A stretch of 64,000 nt of DNA from Microcoleus sp. (GTDB lineage Bacteria > Cyanobacteriota > Cyanobacteriia > Cyanobacteriales > Microcoleaceae). Within the stretch, counting starts at the first letter, position 1; each line of letters starts with the position of its first letter. The position numbers were made by a program, and so were the translations under genes. The stretch is taken from assembly GCA_042408215.1 (NCBI GenBank), contig JAYFMW010000017.1:224001-288000 (forward strand). The letters run 5' to 3'. Positions 1-9,356 of this stretch are shown one piece after another. The notes under the pieces are model-generated. The model saw only the letters and a list, made by a program, of their open reading frames with translations, did no database searches and was not told where the DNA came from.

Positions 1-3
1 TCG

Positions 4-1794
4 ATGCTGTGGTTTCCGGCTCTTACCCGCCGCACGGGCCCAAGACCATCCGGTTACGTGAACGCCATCTTAACACTCATCGCTTTCCTACACGGCGCGA
101 TCGCCCTCACAGCTATTTGGAACCAGCCAGCTCAGCAGCAGTTCATTCCCTGGCTAAATGTCGCAGGTTTAGACTTAACCATTCCCGTCGAAATCTCTGC
201 TGTCACCGTCGGGGCGACAGTTTTGATTACCGGACTGAACTTGCTGGCCCAGATTTATGCTTTCGGTTACATGGAAATGGACTGGGGCTGGGCTAGGCTC
301 TTTTCCCTGATGGGGCTGTTTGAAGGCGGGATGTGCGGCTTAGTGCTGTGTAATTCCCTGTTCTTCAGTTACATGATTTTGGAAGTTCTCACTTTGGGCA
401 CTTACCTGCTAGTCGGGCTGTGGTTCAATCAGTCTTTGGTGGTGACAGGAGCCCGCGATGCTTTCTTAACCAAGCGGGTGGGAGATTTATTCCTGCTGAT
501 GGGGGTAGTCGCCATTCTGCCGCTGGCTGGAACTTGGAATTTTGACGAGTTGGCTGTTTGGGCCCAGACTGCGAACCTAGACCCCACTGTAGCGACGTTG
601 TTAGCCTTAGCTTTGATTGCGGGCCCGATGGGAAAATGCGCTCAGTTTCCCTTGCACCTGTGGCTGGATGAGGCAATGGAGGGCCCTCTGCCGGCGACGA
701 TTTTGCGGAATACCGTAGTTGTGGAAACCGGTGCTTGGATTTTGATTAAGTTGCAGCCGGTGATTGCTTTGTCGCCGATCGGACTGAAGACAACTATTAT
801 TGTAGGTGCTGCGACGGCGGTTGGTGCTTCATTAATTGCGATCGCCCAAATCGACATCAAGCGGACGCTTTCCTATATAGTCAGCTCTTACATGGGCTTA
901 GTATTCATCGCCGTCGGCACCGGACAAACCGAGACAGCCCTGACATTGATATTTGCCTACACCTTAGCAATGGGTTTGCTGGTGATGAGCATCGGTTCGG
1001 TAGTCTGGAACAGCGTCACTCAGGATGTCCGAGCTCTCGGCGGTTTGTGGGGAAAGCGGCCAATATCGGCGATATCGTTTATTGTCGGTAGCGCTGGATT
1101 GGTTGGATTGCCGCCTTTAGGCTGTTTTTGGGCTTTAGAAGAATTAGCATCTGGGCTTTCGGAAACTCACCCTTTGCTGTTAGGAATAGTTTTGTTTGTC
1201 AACGGTGTCACTGCTTTTGGCTTAGTGCGCGTGTTCGGTTTAGTTTTTGGCGGCAAACCGAAGCAAATGACCGAACGTTCGCCGGAAGTTCACTGGCCTT
1301 TCATCTTACCAATGACTATTTTAATGGGCTTTACTTTGCACGTTCCGCATTTGCTGGCAGCGTGGCAGTTATTGCCTGTGGCAAGTTTGAATTATACCGC
1401 AACAGGACTGGTAGTTTTGTCAAGTGCGATCGGCATCGGTGCAGGAGCATTTATCTACCTGAACGAGAAATGGGAAAAACCAGTGCAAATTGGTTCTCAA
1501 GCCCTGCAAGACTTTTTTGCCTACGACTTTTACACCGCCCAACTTTACCGAGTGACAGTGATATTTGCAGTAGGTCTAGTTGCTCAAGTTATCTCTTGGG
1601 TCGATCGCAATATTGTGGATGGATTCGTGAACTTAATCGGTTTGGCAACAGTTTTCGGCGGGCAAAGTCTCAAATACAACGTTAACGGTCAAACTCAGTT
1701 TTACGCCTTGACAATTCTGTTCGGAGTTGCACTTTTGGGACTGATAGTAAGCTGGCCGCTGCTAGCTCGCCTGTCGCTGATTGTCGGCGGGTAA
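4..1794 (+). CDS. ndhF3: NAD(P)H-quinone oxidoreductase subunit F3 (CO2-uptake NDH-1); true start probably lies upstream of the window
   Basis: TGPRPxGY, ARDAFLTKRVGD and KCAQFPLHLWLDEAMEGP motifs; clustered with ndhD and cupA. Confidence 0.93.
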   Translation: MLWFPALTRRTGPRPSGYVNAILTLIAFLHGAIALTAIWNQPAQQQFIPWLNVAGLDLTIPVEISAVTVGATVLITGLNLLAQIYAFGYMEMDWGWARLFSLMGLFEGGMCGLVLCNSLFFSYMILEVLTLGTYLLVGLWFNQSLVVTGARDAFLTKRVGDLFLLMGVVAILPLAGTWNFDELAVWAQTANLDPTVATLLALALIAGPMGKCAQFPLHLWLDEAMEGPLPATILRNTVVVETGAWILIKLQPVIALSPIGLKTTIIVGAATAVGASLIAIAQIDIKRTLSYIVSSYMGLVFIAVGTGQTETALTLIFAYTLAMGLLVMSIGSVVWNSVTQDVRALGGLWGKRPISAISFIVGSAGLVGLPPLGCFWALEELASGLSETHPLLLGIVLFVNGVTAFGLVRVFGLVFGGKPKQMTERSPEVHWPFILPMTILMGFTLHVPHLLAAWQLLPVASLNYTATGLVVLSSAIGIGAGAFIYLNEKWEKPVQIGSQALQDFFAYDFYTAQLYRVTVIFAVGLVAQVISWVDRNIVDGFVNLIGLATVFGGQSLKYNVNGQTQFYALTILFGVALLGLIVSWPLLARLSLIVGG

Positions 1795-1898
1795 ATAGAT
1801 CTAATATTTAAGATTTTAGGTGACACTTTTAATCTAAAATCTTAAAAAGATGAAGTCTTTAACCAAGATTTCCAACTCGAACCAACAAGGCAGAATCA

Positions 1899-2618
1899 AT
1901 GAACTCAAATAACAGACAATTCAATCTTTCCCGGCGCAATTCGTTCAAATTTGTCGCAGGTGCGATCGGTACAGGGATACTCGCAGCACGAGCAGGCGCT
2001 GATTTAGCTGCACCGGAACCAGCAATTGCCCAAAATGACATGACTCCCGATGCAGCTCTGAAACAGTTAATGGACGGGAACAAGCGGTTTGTTGACAGAA
2101 AACGCCAAAATCCCAACCAAGATTTAGTTCGCCTCGCCGAAGTTGCCAAATCTCAAAAACCCTTTGCTGCGATTCTCGGCTGTGCAGATTCCCGCTTTCC
2201 TTCCGAGATGATCTTCGATCGGGGATTCGGAGATTTATTTGTCTGTCGCGTAGCCGGAAATGTTGCTACCCCAGAAGAAATTGGCAGCCTGGAATTTGGC
2301 ACCCTGGTATTAGGAGCAAAAGTCCTAGTGGTAATTGGGCATGAAAGGTGCGGTGCGGTAGACGCAACCATCAAAGGATCTCAAGTTCCCGGTCAAATTG
2401 GCAGTTTGCTCGACGCCATTAAGCCTGCTGTAGAAAGCTCGAAAGACCAAGGGGGCGATCGTCTAGAAAATGCCTGCAAAGCCAATGTGATGCTGCAAGC
2501 TAACAGGTTGAAAGCATCTCCAGTCATCTCTAAGTTAATTGAGGAGAAAAAACTGAAAGTTGTTGGCGGATACTACGATTTAGACACGGGTGCCGTCAAT
2601 ATTCTTGTTGATTCGTGA
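1899..2618 (+). CDS. Beta-class carbonic anhydrase with twin-arginine (Tat) signal, EcaB-like
   Basis: GCADSR and HERCGAV zinc-ligand motifs; N-terminal SRRNSFK followed by a hydrophobic stretch. Confidence 0.92.
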   Translation: MNSNNRQFNLSRRNSFKFVAGAIGTGILAARAGADLAAPEPAIAQNDMTPDAALKQLMDGNKRFVDRKRQNPNQDLVRLAEVAKSQKPFAAILGCADSRFPSEMIFDRGFGDLFVCRVAGNVATPEEIGSLEFGTLVLGAKVLVVIGHERCGAVDATIKGSQVPGQIGSLLDAIKPAVESSKDQGGDRLENACKANVMLQANRLKASPVISKLIEEKKLKVVGGYYDLDTGAVNILVDS

Positions 2619-2686
2619 TGCAATTTGGGATTGATAATTGGGGGAAAATCAACATAGACTGACGCAACGGGCACACTCGCATAGAC

Positions 2687-2750
2687 TTGTAGGGTGCGTC
2701 AGACGAAGCTATAGGGCGACGATCGAGAGTTACGGAGCTGACGCACCTTA
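2687..2750. repeat. REP-like inverted repeat
   Basis: gtagggtgcgtcag ... ctgacgcaccttac arms. Confidence 0.6.
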
Positions 2751-2867
2751 CTAATTGTGACACCAGCCTCCAGGACTGTAACATCTCAACTCTCAAATTA
2801 TCAAAGACAATAGCGTGCAAAATTGTTTCTTTACTCTTGACTCTTCACTCTTCACTCTTCATACATT

Positions 2868-4421
2868 ATGCTTAGTGCCTTGCTCTGGTTGCCCGCGTTG
2901 GGCGCTGCGGTAGTCGGGTTCTTGCCCGGAAACATCAATGGGATGCGCCTGCGTTCAATAGCCTCGGCTTTTGCTGCTGCTGTTTTCCTGTTGAATATCT
3001 GGCTGCTGACTCAATTCGATCCAGCCAATTCGGGACTGCAATTTCAAGAATATTTGCCTTGGATTCCACAATTAGGTTTGAGCTACAACTTGGGTATTGA
3101 CGGCTTGTCTTTGCCACTGCTGGTTTTAAGTGCTTTACTGACGCTATTAGTAATTTATGGCACTGGCGAAAAGATGGAGCGCCCCCAGCTTTACTACGCT
3201 TTGATTTTGCTAATCAATGCTGGTATTGCCGGAGCTTTGATGTCTCAAAATTTGCTGCTGTTTGTACTGTTTTACGAAATAGAATTAATTCCTTTTTATC
3301 TGTTGATTGCGATTTGGGGCGGCAAGCAGCGAGAATACGCTGCCATGAAGTTTCTGATCTACACCGCAGTTTCGGGACTTTTGGTGCTGGCAGCATTTTT
3401 GGCTATTGCTTGGTTGAGCGGCTCTTTAAACTTCGATTACAGTGCGATTAACACTCAAGCATTTCCTCTAAAAGTGCAGTTGATCCTGTTAACAATTCTG
3501 CTAATTGGGTTGGGAATTAAAATTCCCTTAGTGCCCCTGCACACTTGGCTACCGGATGCTTACGTCGAAGCTTCGCCAGCAACAGCAATTCTGTTGGGAG
3601 GGATTCTGGCGAAGTTGGGAACTTACGGTTTAGTGCGCTTCGGGTTGCAGATGTTTCCCGAAACTTGGCCGATAATCGCTCCTGGTTTAGCGATAATCGG
3701 GACTGTGAGCGTGATGTACGGGGCTTTGAGCGCGATCGCCCAAAAAGACATCAAACGCATGGTAGCCTATAGTTCGATCGGACATATGGGATACATCCTG
3801 GTAGCCTGCGCCGCCGGCACGAAACTCGCATTAATCGGTGCTGTCGGACAAATGGTAAGCCACGGCTTAATTTTAGCTTTGCTGTTTTATTTAGTAGGCA
3901 TCATCGAAGCCAAAGTCGGCACACGAGATTTGGACGTGCTCAACGGCTTGATGAACCCGATGCGGGGTTTACCCACGGCTAGTTCCCTGTTAGTTTTGGG
4001 CGGGATGGCCAGCGCCGGAATTCCCGGTTTGGTAGGTTTTATTGCCGAATTTTTAGTATTTCAAGGCAGTTTCTCGATCTTTCCAATTCCCACTTTACTC
4101 TGCATTTTAGCCTCTGGTTTAACCGCAGTTTACTTTGTGATTCTGCTCAACCGCACCTGTTTTGGGAAGTTGGACAACGCCACGGCTTACTACCCTCCAG
4201 TTACGTTTGCCGAAAATATGCCGGCGCTGGTTTTGGCGGGAATCATTTTCGTTTTGGGAGTGCAACCTGCTTGGCTGCTGAAGTGGAGCGAATCTACTAC
4301 AAATGCGATCGTTGCGACTCTTCCGGCTGACAGAAATGCCCAAGTAGCTATCAGTTATCCCCTGGAACACTCGGCGATTCAAATCGCGTCTACACAAACG
4401 AAGTCCGCCTCCGCAGACTAA
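2868..4421 (+). CDS. ndhD3: NAD(P)H-quinone oxidoreductase subunit D3 (NuoM-like)
   Basis: KIPLVPLHTWLPDAY and DIKRMVAYSSIGHMG motifs; lies between ndhF3 and cupA. Confidence 0.9.
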   Translation: MLSALLWLPALGAAVVGFLPGNINGMRLRSIASAFAAAVFLLNIWLLTQFDPANSGLQFQEYLPWIPQLGLSYNLGIDGLSLPLLVLSALLTLLVIYGTGEKMERPQLYYALILLINAGIAGALMSQNLLLFVLFYEIELIPFYLLIAIWGGKQREYAAMKFLIYTAVSGLLVLAAFLAIAWLSGSLNFDYSAINTQAFPLKVQLILLTILLIGLGIKIPLVPLHTWLPDAYVEASPATAILLGGILAKLGTYGLVRFGLQMFPETWPIIAPGLAIIGTVSVMYGALSAIAQKDIKRMVAYSSIGHMGYILVACAAGTKLALIGAVGQMVSHGLILALLFYLVGIIEAKVGTRDLDVLNGLMNPMRGLPTASSLLVLGGMASAGIPGLVGFIAEFLVFQGSFSIFPIPTLLCILASGLTAVYFVILLNRTCFGKLDNATAYYPPVTFAENMPALVLAGIIFVLGVQPAWLLKWSESTTNAIVATLPADRNAQVAISYPLEHSAIQIASTQTKSASAD

Positions 4422-4482
4422 GATAGCTCGGCGATTCAAATAGGCTCTGCACTTGCCTTGCGTCCGCCTGTGCAGACTAAGA
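4370..4482 (+). repeat. Two imperfect tandem copies of a ~55-bp REP-like unit; the first forms the NdhD3 C-terminus
   Basis: ctcggcgattcaaat...gtccgcct..gcagactaaga at ~4370-4423 and ~4427-4482. Confidence 0.7.
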
Positions 4483-4572
4483 AATATCTACTCGTTACTA
4501 GGCTCTGCATCCAATTTTCATGAAAGCTGTTGGACGCAGAGCCTCCCGATAAATACCAGGATATGATAGCTC

Positions 4573-4959
4573 ATGAAGCCGAAAAAAGTTTTCAGTTTAT
4601 CCGCAGTTACAACCCTTCTTTTAGTAGCAGCAACTTCTGCTTTTGCACAAGCTATAACTCGAATTCGTGATTTGCCAGCATTGAAAACACCAACCACCAT
4701 CTCTGGCCGAGTAGTCGGTTTTGGAGAAGCTGATGAAAATGAGTGGATTATCGACGACGGCAGCGGTCAAATTAGAATCGATGCCGGCCCCCGCTCCTGG
4801 CGCAATATTAATGTATCAAAAGGTGAAACAATCAGAGTTGTTGGCGAGATAGACGACGGTGAATTTGATGCTTTTTCTATTACTCGCTCGAACGGCTCAG
4901 TAATTAACATCCGCTCTCCCAAAAGCCGGGAGCCTTGGGATGACAAAGAGGACGATTAA
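4573..4959 (+). CDS. Secreted bacterial OB-fold protein (YgiW/YdeI-like)
   Basis: Signal peptide ending AFA/QA; ISGRV...DDGSGQIRID...VVGEID pattern. Confidence 0.7.
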   Translation: MKPKKVFSLSAVTTLLLVAATSAFAQAITRIRDLPALKTPTTISGRVVGFGEADENEWIIDDGSGQIRIDAGPRSWRNINVSKGETIRVVGEIDDGEFDAFSITRSNGSVINIRSPKSREPWDDKEDD

Positions 4960-5191
4960 CTGCAAAATTTTGCGCTATCTGTCTGCTGAGCCTGGGATTG
5001 CGAACAAGAAGATTGCCGCCGACATTCCTGGAGGCATAAAAACATTCAAATCTTAGTTTTTTACCCTTCCTCGTGACTTTAACGAAGAATATTCGTAAAG
5101 AAACCAAATTTCTGACTTCCAGTGCCTAAATCCTAGGCATAATTCCGAATATTTCTAAATAGTGAAATTCATTCAAACCAAGTAACAAACA

Positions 5192-6511
5192 ATGGTACAA
5201 ACACCTACTAAACCAGCAACTAAACTGCCTCCTTCCAAGCACGAATTTGCCGAGGTAATTCACAGACTAGAAGCGGGCGGCGCGATGATTCCAGATACGC
5301 CGGAAAATCTGATGCAAATCATCGCTATCTGGAAAGCCTATGCGGTGCCGATGGACTTCTATTGGCGGGATTTGCTTTATATCGCCGAAGGAGTATTTTT
5401 ACAACCGCTTCCTTTCTTTAAATACTTCTTACCCCAGGAGTATTTAGACTTGCAAAATCACTATGCAGGTGATGGTGCAGATTTGCGAATCTGGCGGGGG
5501 ACGGGAAGCGCTCACCCGGAACTTTTGGAGTTCATGGAGAAGGGAGAAACTGGTAAAATCCCACGACTGTTTCACCATTTGTGGCACGATCGCATTAACA
5601 TGGAATTTGCCGAAGAGTGCATGAGGTCAATGCTTTGGCACCGGGGCTTGTACGTGCCGACAAATCAATTCGATCCTTATTTGGACAGTGACGAATATAA
5701 GGCTAATGCCGATCGGGCAATTAAAGCTTACTTCAAAAAAGACCCGTTCATGCTAGGATTGCACAAAGCATTTCCCGAACTGTTTTTAGAACAGTGCCGC
5801 CAAATGTCTTATTACAGCAATCTCGGCTTATTCTGGGAAGTAATGGCACCAGTATTTTTTGAAGTGTCGGACTTGTACGACGAAGGGAAAATTACCACAG
5901 TCCCGCAAGCGATGGATTTCCTGGTAAATGGCATATTTGCGATCGCCGGAAGGCCCATTTACCACCATGTCCAAATCGACGGCGAAACCTACGAAATCAT
6001 CCCCAAATCTAAAGGTTTCACATGGCTTTATGAAGCAGCATTACCTTACGTGGAAGCTGTATTTTATCGCACTTCGCCGTTCCGAGGAACCAAATCTTAT
6101 AATGCTCAAGCTAGGGAAGTTCCCGACGATCAAAAAGACTTCCACTACGGAATTTTGTATGCAGACAAATTCCCCGTAGGTACGGCCGGCATTCCACCGA
6201 CTTTGCTAGCCCAAGATATGCTGCACTTCCTGCCGCCTTACTTGCTGGATTTCTACAAACAGCGCTGTCGGGGCGAAGATGATATCCTGAATCAAATTGG
6301 GGTAACATTTCAGCGATCGATGTATTGCGTAACTTCCGCAGTATTTCAAGCATTGCGGACTGCGCTATTATATCCTTTGGACGACCCGAATCCGAAGCAT
6401 TTGAAGGCAAATCGAGCGTTCTTTCGAGTCACAGCTCGATCGCTTTTGTCGCCCCGAATACGGCATGAAATACGCTGCGAAGTTGAAGAATATTCAGACT
6501 TCAGATTATAG
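5192..6511 (+). CDS. cupA: CO2 hydration protein CupA (ChpY) with an apparent +1 frameshift near the 3' end
   Basis: IHRLEAGGAM.PDTPENL, HHLWHDRINMEFAE and GTAGIPPTLL motifs; the family-like tail ESQLDRFCRPE...IQTSDYR reads in a shifted frame ending at TAA 6513-6515. Confidence 0.92.
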   Translation: MVQTPTKPATKLPPSKHEFAEVIHRLEAGGAMIPDTPENLMQIIAIWKAYAVPMDFYWRDLLYIAEGVFLQPLPFFKYFLPQEYLDLQNHYAGDGADLRIWRGTGSAHPELLEFMEKGETGKIPRLFHHLWHDRINMEFAEECMRSMLWHRGLYVPTNQFDPYLDSDEYKANADRAIKAYFKKDPFMLGLHKAFPELFLEQCRQMSYYSNLGLFWEVMAPVFFEVSDLYDEGKITTVPQAMDFLVNGIFAIAGRPIYHHVQIDGETYEIIPKSKGFTWLYEAALPYVEAVFYRTSPFRGTKSYNAQAREVPDDQKDFHYGILYADKFPVGTAGIPPTLLAQDMLHFLPPYLLDFYKQRCRGEDDILNQIGVTFQRSMYCVTSAVFQALRTALLYPLDDPNPKHLKANRAFFRVTARSLLSPRIRHEIRCEVEEYSDFRL

Positions 6512-6532
6512 GTAAAGGATGTTTGTCCGCCA

Positions 6533-6588
6533 AGTCCGCCAGGGGTTTAAACCCCTGGCTCAAAGCTCAAGTCGGTTTCAACCGACTG
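6533..6588. repeat. REP-like double hairpin downstream of cupA
   Basis: gccagggg-tttaaa-cccctggc and agtcggtt-tc-aaccgact. Confidence 0.6.
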
Positions 6589-6733
6589 GGGAAAAATGAC
6601 AGCTTTTTAATCTGTTTCAAAAGTGGTATAATACCAGATAAATTGGCATCAGAATTATTCATCTCTCTCTCTTCTCTTCCTCTGCGTTCTCTGCGCTCTC
6701 TGCGGTTAAATAATTCCGATCTAAAAAATAACT

Positions 6734-6940
6734 ATGAACAGCAAAGACGTAGCCAAATATATCGAAGCAACCGATGGAATTTCCAAACCTTGGCTGTTGG
6801 TACAACTGCGACTCAAAAAACTGCAAGAAAGGCGATCGGACATTTCTGCTGAAGAGTATATTACAGAACTCGCCGACCTTCAGCAAGATTTAATGAATTT
6901 GGGGGAATGGTGGCTGGGAATCGAGGATGAGGTGTTTTAA
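6734..6940 (+). CDS. Small hypothetical protein (68 aa)
   Basis: Clean ATG ORF with an amphipathic helical pattern and acidic C-terminus LGEWWLGIEDEVF. Confidence 0.7.
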   Translation: MNSKDVAKYIEATDGISKPWLLVQLRLKKLQERRSDISAEEYITELADLQQDLMNLGEWWLGIEDEVF

Positions 6941-6962
6941 AATTTGATTAGTCGATCGCACT

Positions 6963-7433
6963 TTAAAATTTCTCCATCAAATCTTTTTCTGCGGCATAAA
7001 CATCCCGTAGCTGTTGTAGCGCGGCCCCAGAAATGACCGATTTAACAGTACCCACCAACAGTCCCCACTCCAGTAAGCTATCAACCGAAACAGCGTCTCT
7101 AAACTGGCGCGTGTAGAATTTAGTCCAAAATGCCGGTGCTAGCTTGCTTTTCCAGCGTTTGTACCATCTCCCAAAATCTTGAAGTGCGGGTTCATTTACT
7201 CCCACAATCGGCGGAAAATCGGCGTAGCTGACAAATCGACTGAGGTGTTTGGCGTGCACGTAAACCATGTGGCGACAGCATTCGATGCGATAAATGTCGT
7301 CAACTGAGATATTGAATAGCAGTGCGACTGTTTCTTCTGTGACAAATCTCGCCAGGGGATGCAGGATGGGAGATTTGTGAATTATCTTGGATTCTGCGAT
7401 CGTCCGTGATTTTGCCGGAGTTTCTGATATCAT
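6963..7433 (-). CDS. Hypothetical protein (156 aa), paralog of 8456-8926
   Basis: Shares ILHPLARFVTEETVALLFNIS..IYRIECCRHMVYVHAK..SRFVSYADFPPI with the second copy. Confidence 0.85.
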   Translation of the reverse strand: MISETPAKSRTIAESKIIHKSPILHPLARFVTEETVALLFNISVDDIYRIECCRHMVYVHAKHLSRFVSYADFPPIVGVNEPALQDFGRWYKRWKSKLAPAFWTKFYTRQFRDAVSVDSLLEWGLLVGTVKSVISGAALQQLRDVYAAEKDLMEKF

Positions 7434-7469
7434 AGTAAGTGCCTATTCTGATTGTAGATAAATCTATTG

Positions 7470-7551
7470 ATGGTAGGTCAGACAGCTAGTAACTGTCTAT
7501 TTAAGTTTTACAGACGATCGCCCTTTAGTTTTCGAGGCCGGAGGGCGATCG
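7470..7551 (-). promoter_or_regulatory. Structured leader of the 156-aa gene: HIP1-anchored hairpin (7515-7551) plus AGACAG-N7-CTGTCT palindrome (7480-7498)
   Basis: Both elements recur upstream of the paralog (8925-9039). Confidence 0.7.
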
Positions 7552-7566
7552 CTCTTTACATCTACA

Positions 7567-7596
7567 ATTATACGACGCAACTGCATCAACTGTCAA
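7567..7596 (-). promoter_or_regulatory. Consensus sigma70 promoter TTGACA-N18-TATAAT pointing leftward
   Basis: + strand attata at 7567-7572 and tgtcaa at 7591-7596; abuts the XRE start codon at 7599. Confidence 0.75.
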
Positions 7597-7598
7597 GC

Positions 7599-7811
7599 AT
7601 GGGTTTAGTCAGGCTAAAAATTCGGGAACTAGCGGCGGAGAAGGGCTGGACGCTTAAGGAAGTATCCGATCGCTCTGGGGTCATTTATAGCACCGTTAGA
7701 AGCTATGCTCGTCGTCCTGAAATGGCAATGGTTGACTTTACTTGCCTGCGGAGGTTAGCTCGAACCTTTGATGTGATGATTGAGGATTTGGTTGAGGTTT
7801 TGGAAGAATAG
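7599..7811 (+). CDS. XRE/Cro-C1 helix-turn-helix regulator, copy 1
   Basis: MGLVRLKIRELAAEKGWTLKEVSDRSGVIYSTVRSY...LARTFDVMIEDLV. Confidence 0.88.
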   Translation: MGLVRLKIRELAAEKGWTLKEVSDRSGVIYSTVRSYARRPEMAMVDFTCLRRLARTFDVMIEDLVEVLEE

Positions 7812-7889
7812 GCCGATCGCCCTTAAGTATTCTTGGTCAAAATAATTTATCTTTACAAAAACACTACGCAATTGCATGAATTGTCAAGC

Positions 7890-8102
7890 ATGGGTCTAGT
7901 AAGAATTAAAGTCAGAGAACTAGCCGCCGAGAAAGGCTGGACATTTAAGGAAGTTTCAGAACGTTCTGGGGTTGTCTACAACACAGTCAAGCATTATGCT
8001 CGTTGTCCAGGACTGACAACGGTTGACTTTACTTTGTTGCGGAAATTAGCTCGCACTTTTGACGTGATGATTGAGGATTTGGTTGAGGTTTTGGAGGAGT
8101 AG
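7890..8102 (+). CDS. XRE/Cro-C1 helix-turn-helix regulator, copy 2
   Basis: MGLVRIKVRELAAEKGWTFKEVSERSGVVYNTVKHY... Confidence 0.88.
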   Translation: MGLVRIKVRELAAEKGWTFKEVSERSGVVYNTVKHYARCPGLTTVDFTLLRKLARTFDVMIEDLVEVLEE

Positions 8103-8193
8103 CCGATCGCCCTTAAGTTGTCAAGACGTGAGGCGATCGCTTTTTCAGATATCCAATATTAAACGACAGCATATTGTCATTTGTCAAGTAAGT

Positions 8194-8412
8194 ATGAGCA
8201 AAGGCTTAGTGAGGTTGCGGATTCGGGAGTTTGCAGACCAGAATGGCTGGACACTTAAGGAAGTTTCCGATCGATCGGGCATTGGTTACAGCACCATCAG
8301 AAACTATGCCCAATGTCAAGGCATGACAACCGTTAATTTCGCCTACTTACAAAGGTTGGCCCGCATTTTTGACATCAGGATTGAGGATTTGGTTGAGGTT
8401 TTGGAGGAATAG
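8194..8412 (+). CDS. XRE/Cro-C1 helix-turn-helix regulator, copy 3
   Basis: MSKGLVRLRIREFADQNGWTLKEVSDRSGIGYSTIRNY... Confidence 0.88.
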   Translation: MSKGLVRLRIREFADQNGWTLKEVSDRSGIGYSTIRNYAQCQGMTTVNFAYLQRLARIFDIRIEDLVEVLEE

Positions 8413-8455
8413 GGCGATCGACCTTTCGGATTGTGATAGAGTGACGCTCGCATAT

Positions 8456-8926
8456 TCAAAAATTTTCCCGCCAATATTTTTCATATACATAAGCATCTCG
8501 CAGTTGTTGCAATGCTGTTTCTGAGAACAGGGATTTCACTACAGCTACCAAGAGGCCCCATGCAAGCTGTTTATCCGCAGTAGTAGCGTTTTTGAATTGA
8601 TGGGTATAAAACTGTGTCCAAAAATCAGGTGCTTTTTTGCCTTTCCAGCGTTTGTACCATCTGCCAAAATCTTGAAGCTTTGGTGATTCTACTCCTAAAA
8701 TTGGGGGAAAATCGGCATAGCTGACAAACCGACTGATTCCTTTGGCGTGCACGTAAACCATGTGGCGACAGCATTCGATCCGGTAAATTTGGTCTGTTGA
8801 GATATTGAACAGCAGTGCAACTGTTTCTTCTGTGACAAATCTTGCCAGCGGATGAAGGATTGGGGACTTGTGGAGAATTTTTGAGCTGGCGAGGGTGCTT
8901 GATTTTAGCTGGAATGATGCTATCAT
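8456..8926 (-). CDS. Hypothetical protein (156 aa), paralog of 6963-7433
   Basis: Same length and same conserved core as the first copy. Confidence 0.85.
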   Translation of the reverse strand: MIASFQLKSSTLASSKILHKSPILHPLARFVTEETVALLFNISTDQIYRIECCRHMVYVHAKGISRFVSYADFPPILGVESPKLQDFGRWYKRWKGKKAPDFWTQFYTHQFKNATTADKQLAWGLLVAVVKSLFSETALQQLRDAYVYEKYWRENF

Positions 8927-8996
8927 GGTAAGTCAGACAGCTAGTAACTGTCTATTTAAGATGGTAAGTCAGACAGCTAGTAACTGTCTATTTAAG
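8925..8996. repeat. Perfect 36-bp tandem duplication containing the AGACAG-N7-CTGTCT palindrome
   Basis: atggtaagtcagacagctagtaactgtctatttaag at 8925-8960 and 8961-8996. Confidence 0.95.
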
Positions 8997-9161
8997 TTTT
9001 GAAGGCATCGCCCTTAAGTTGTCTAGACCGAGGGCGGTGGCTTTTTTGTGAACTCCTACATAATATCATGATGAACTGTAGTTAGTCAAAACTTTTTGTA
9101 CTTAATCTGACTGATGATGCTAACATCAAGGAAAGTTGTTATTAATAGTTGATTATTCTTC

Positions 9162-9356
9162 GTGGCAAAAACTAATACGGCGATCGCGGTCAGTTCCGCG
9201 ATTAAGGAAGTCATTCAAAAACAAGCCCTAGCGACCAGACTCACCCAGAAGGAAGTCGTGTATTTGGGAATGCTGGCAATTGATGCGCTCGACAAGGAAA
9301 GTCGCCAAGAGTTGGCCGATAAGGTGCATCTGATGCAGGTTAATGGTGACATTTGA
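9162..9356 (+). CDS. Small protein (64 aa), possible ribbon-helix-helix regulator, copy 1
   Basis: Beta-strand-like TAIAVS followed by helices; paralog of 9508-9702. Confidence 0.7.
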   Translation: MAKTNTAIAVSSAIKEVIQKQALATRLTQKEVVYLGMLAIDALDKESRQELADKVHLMQVNGDI

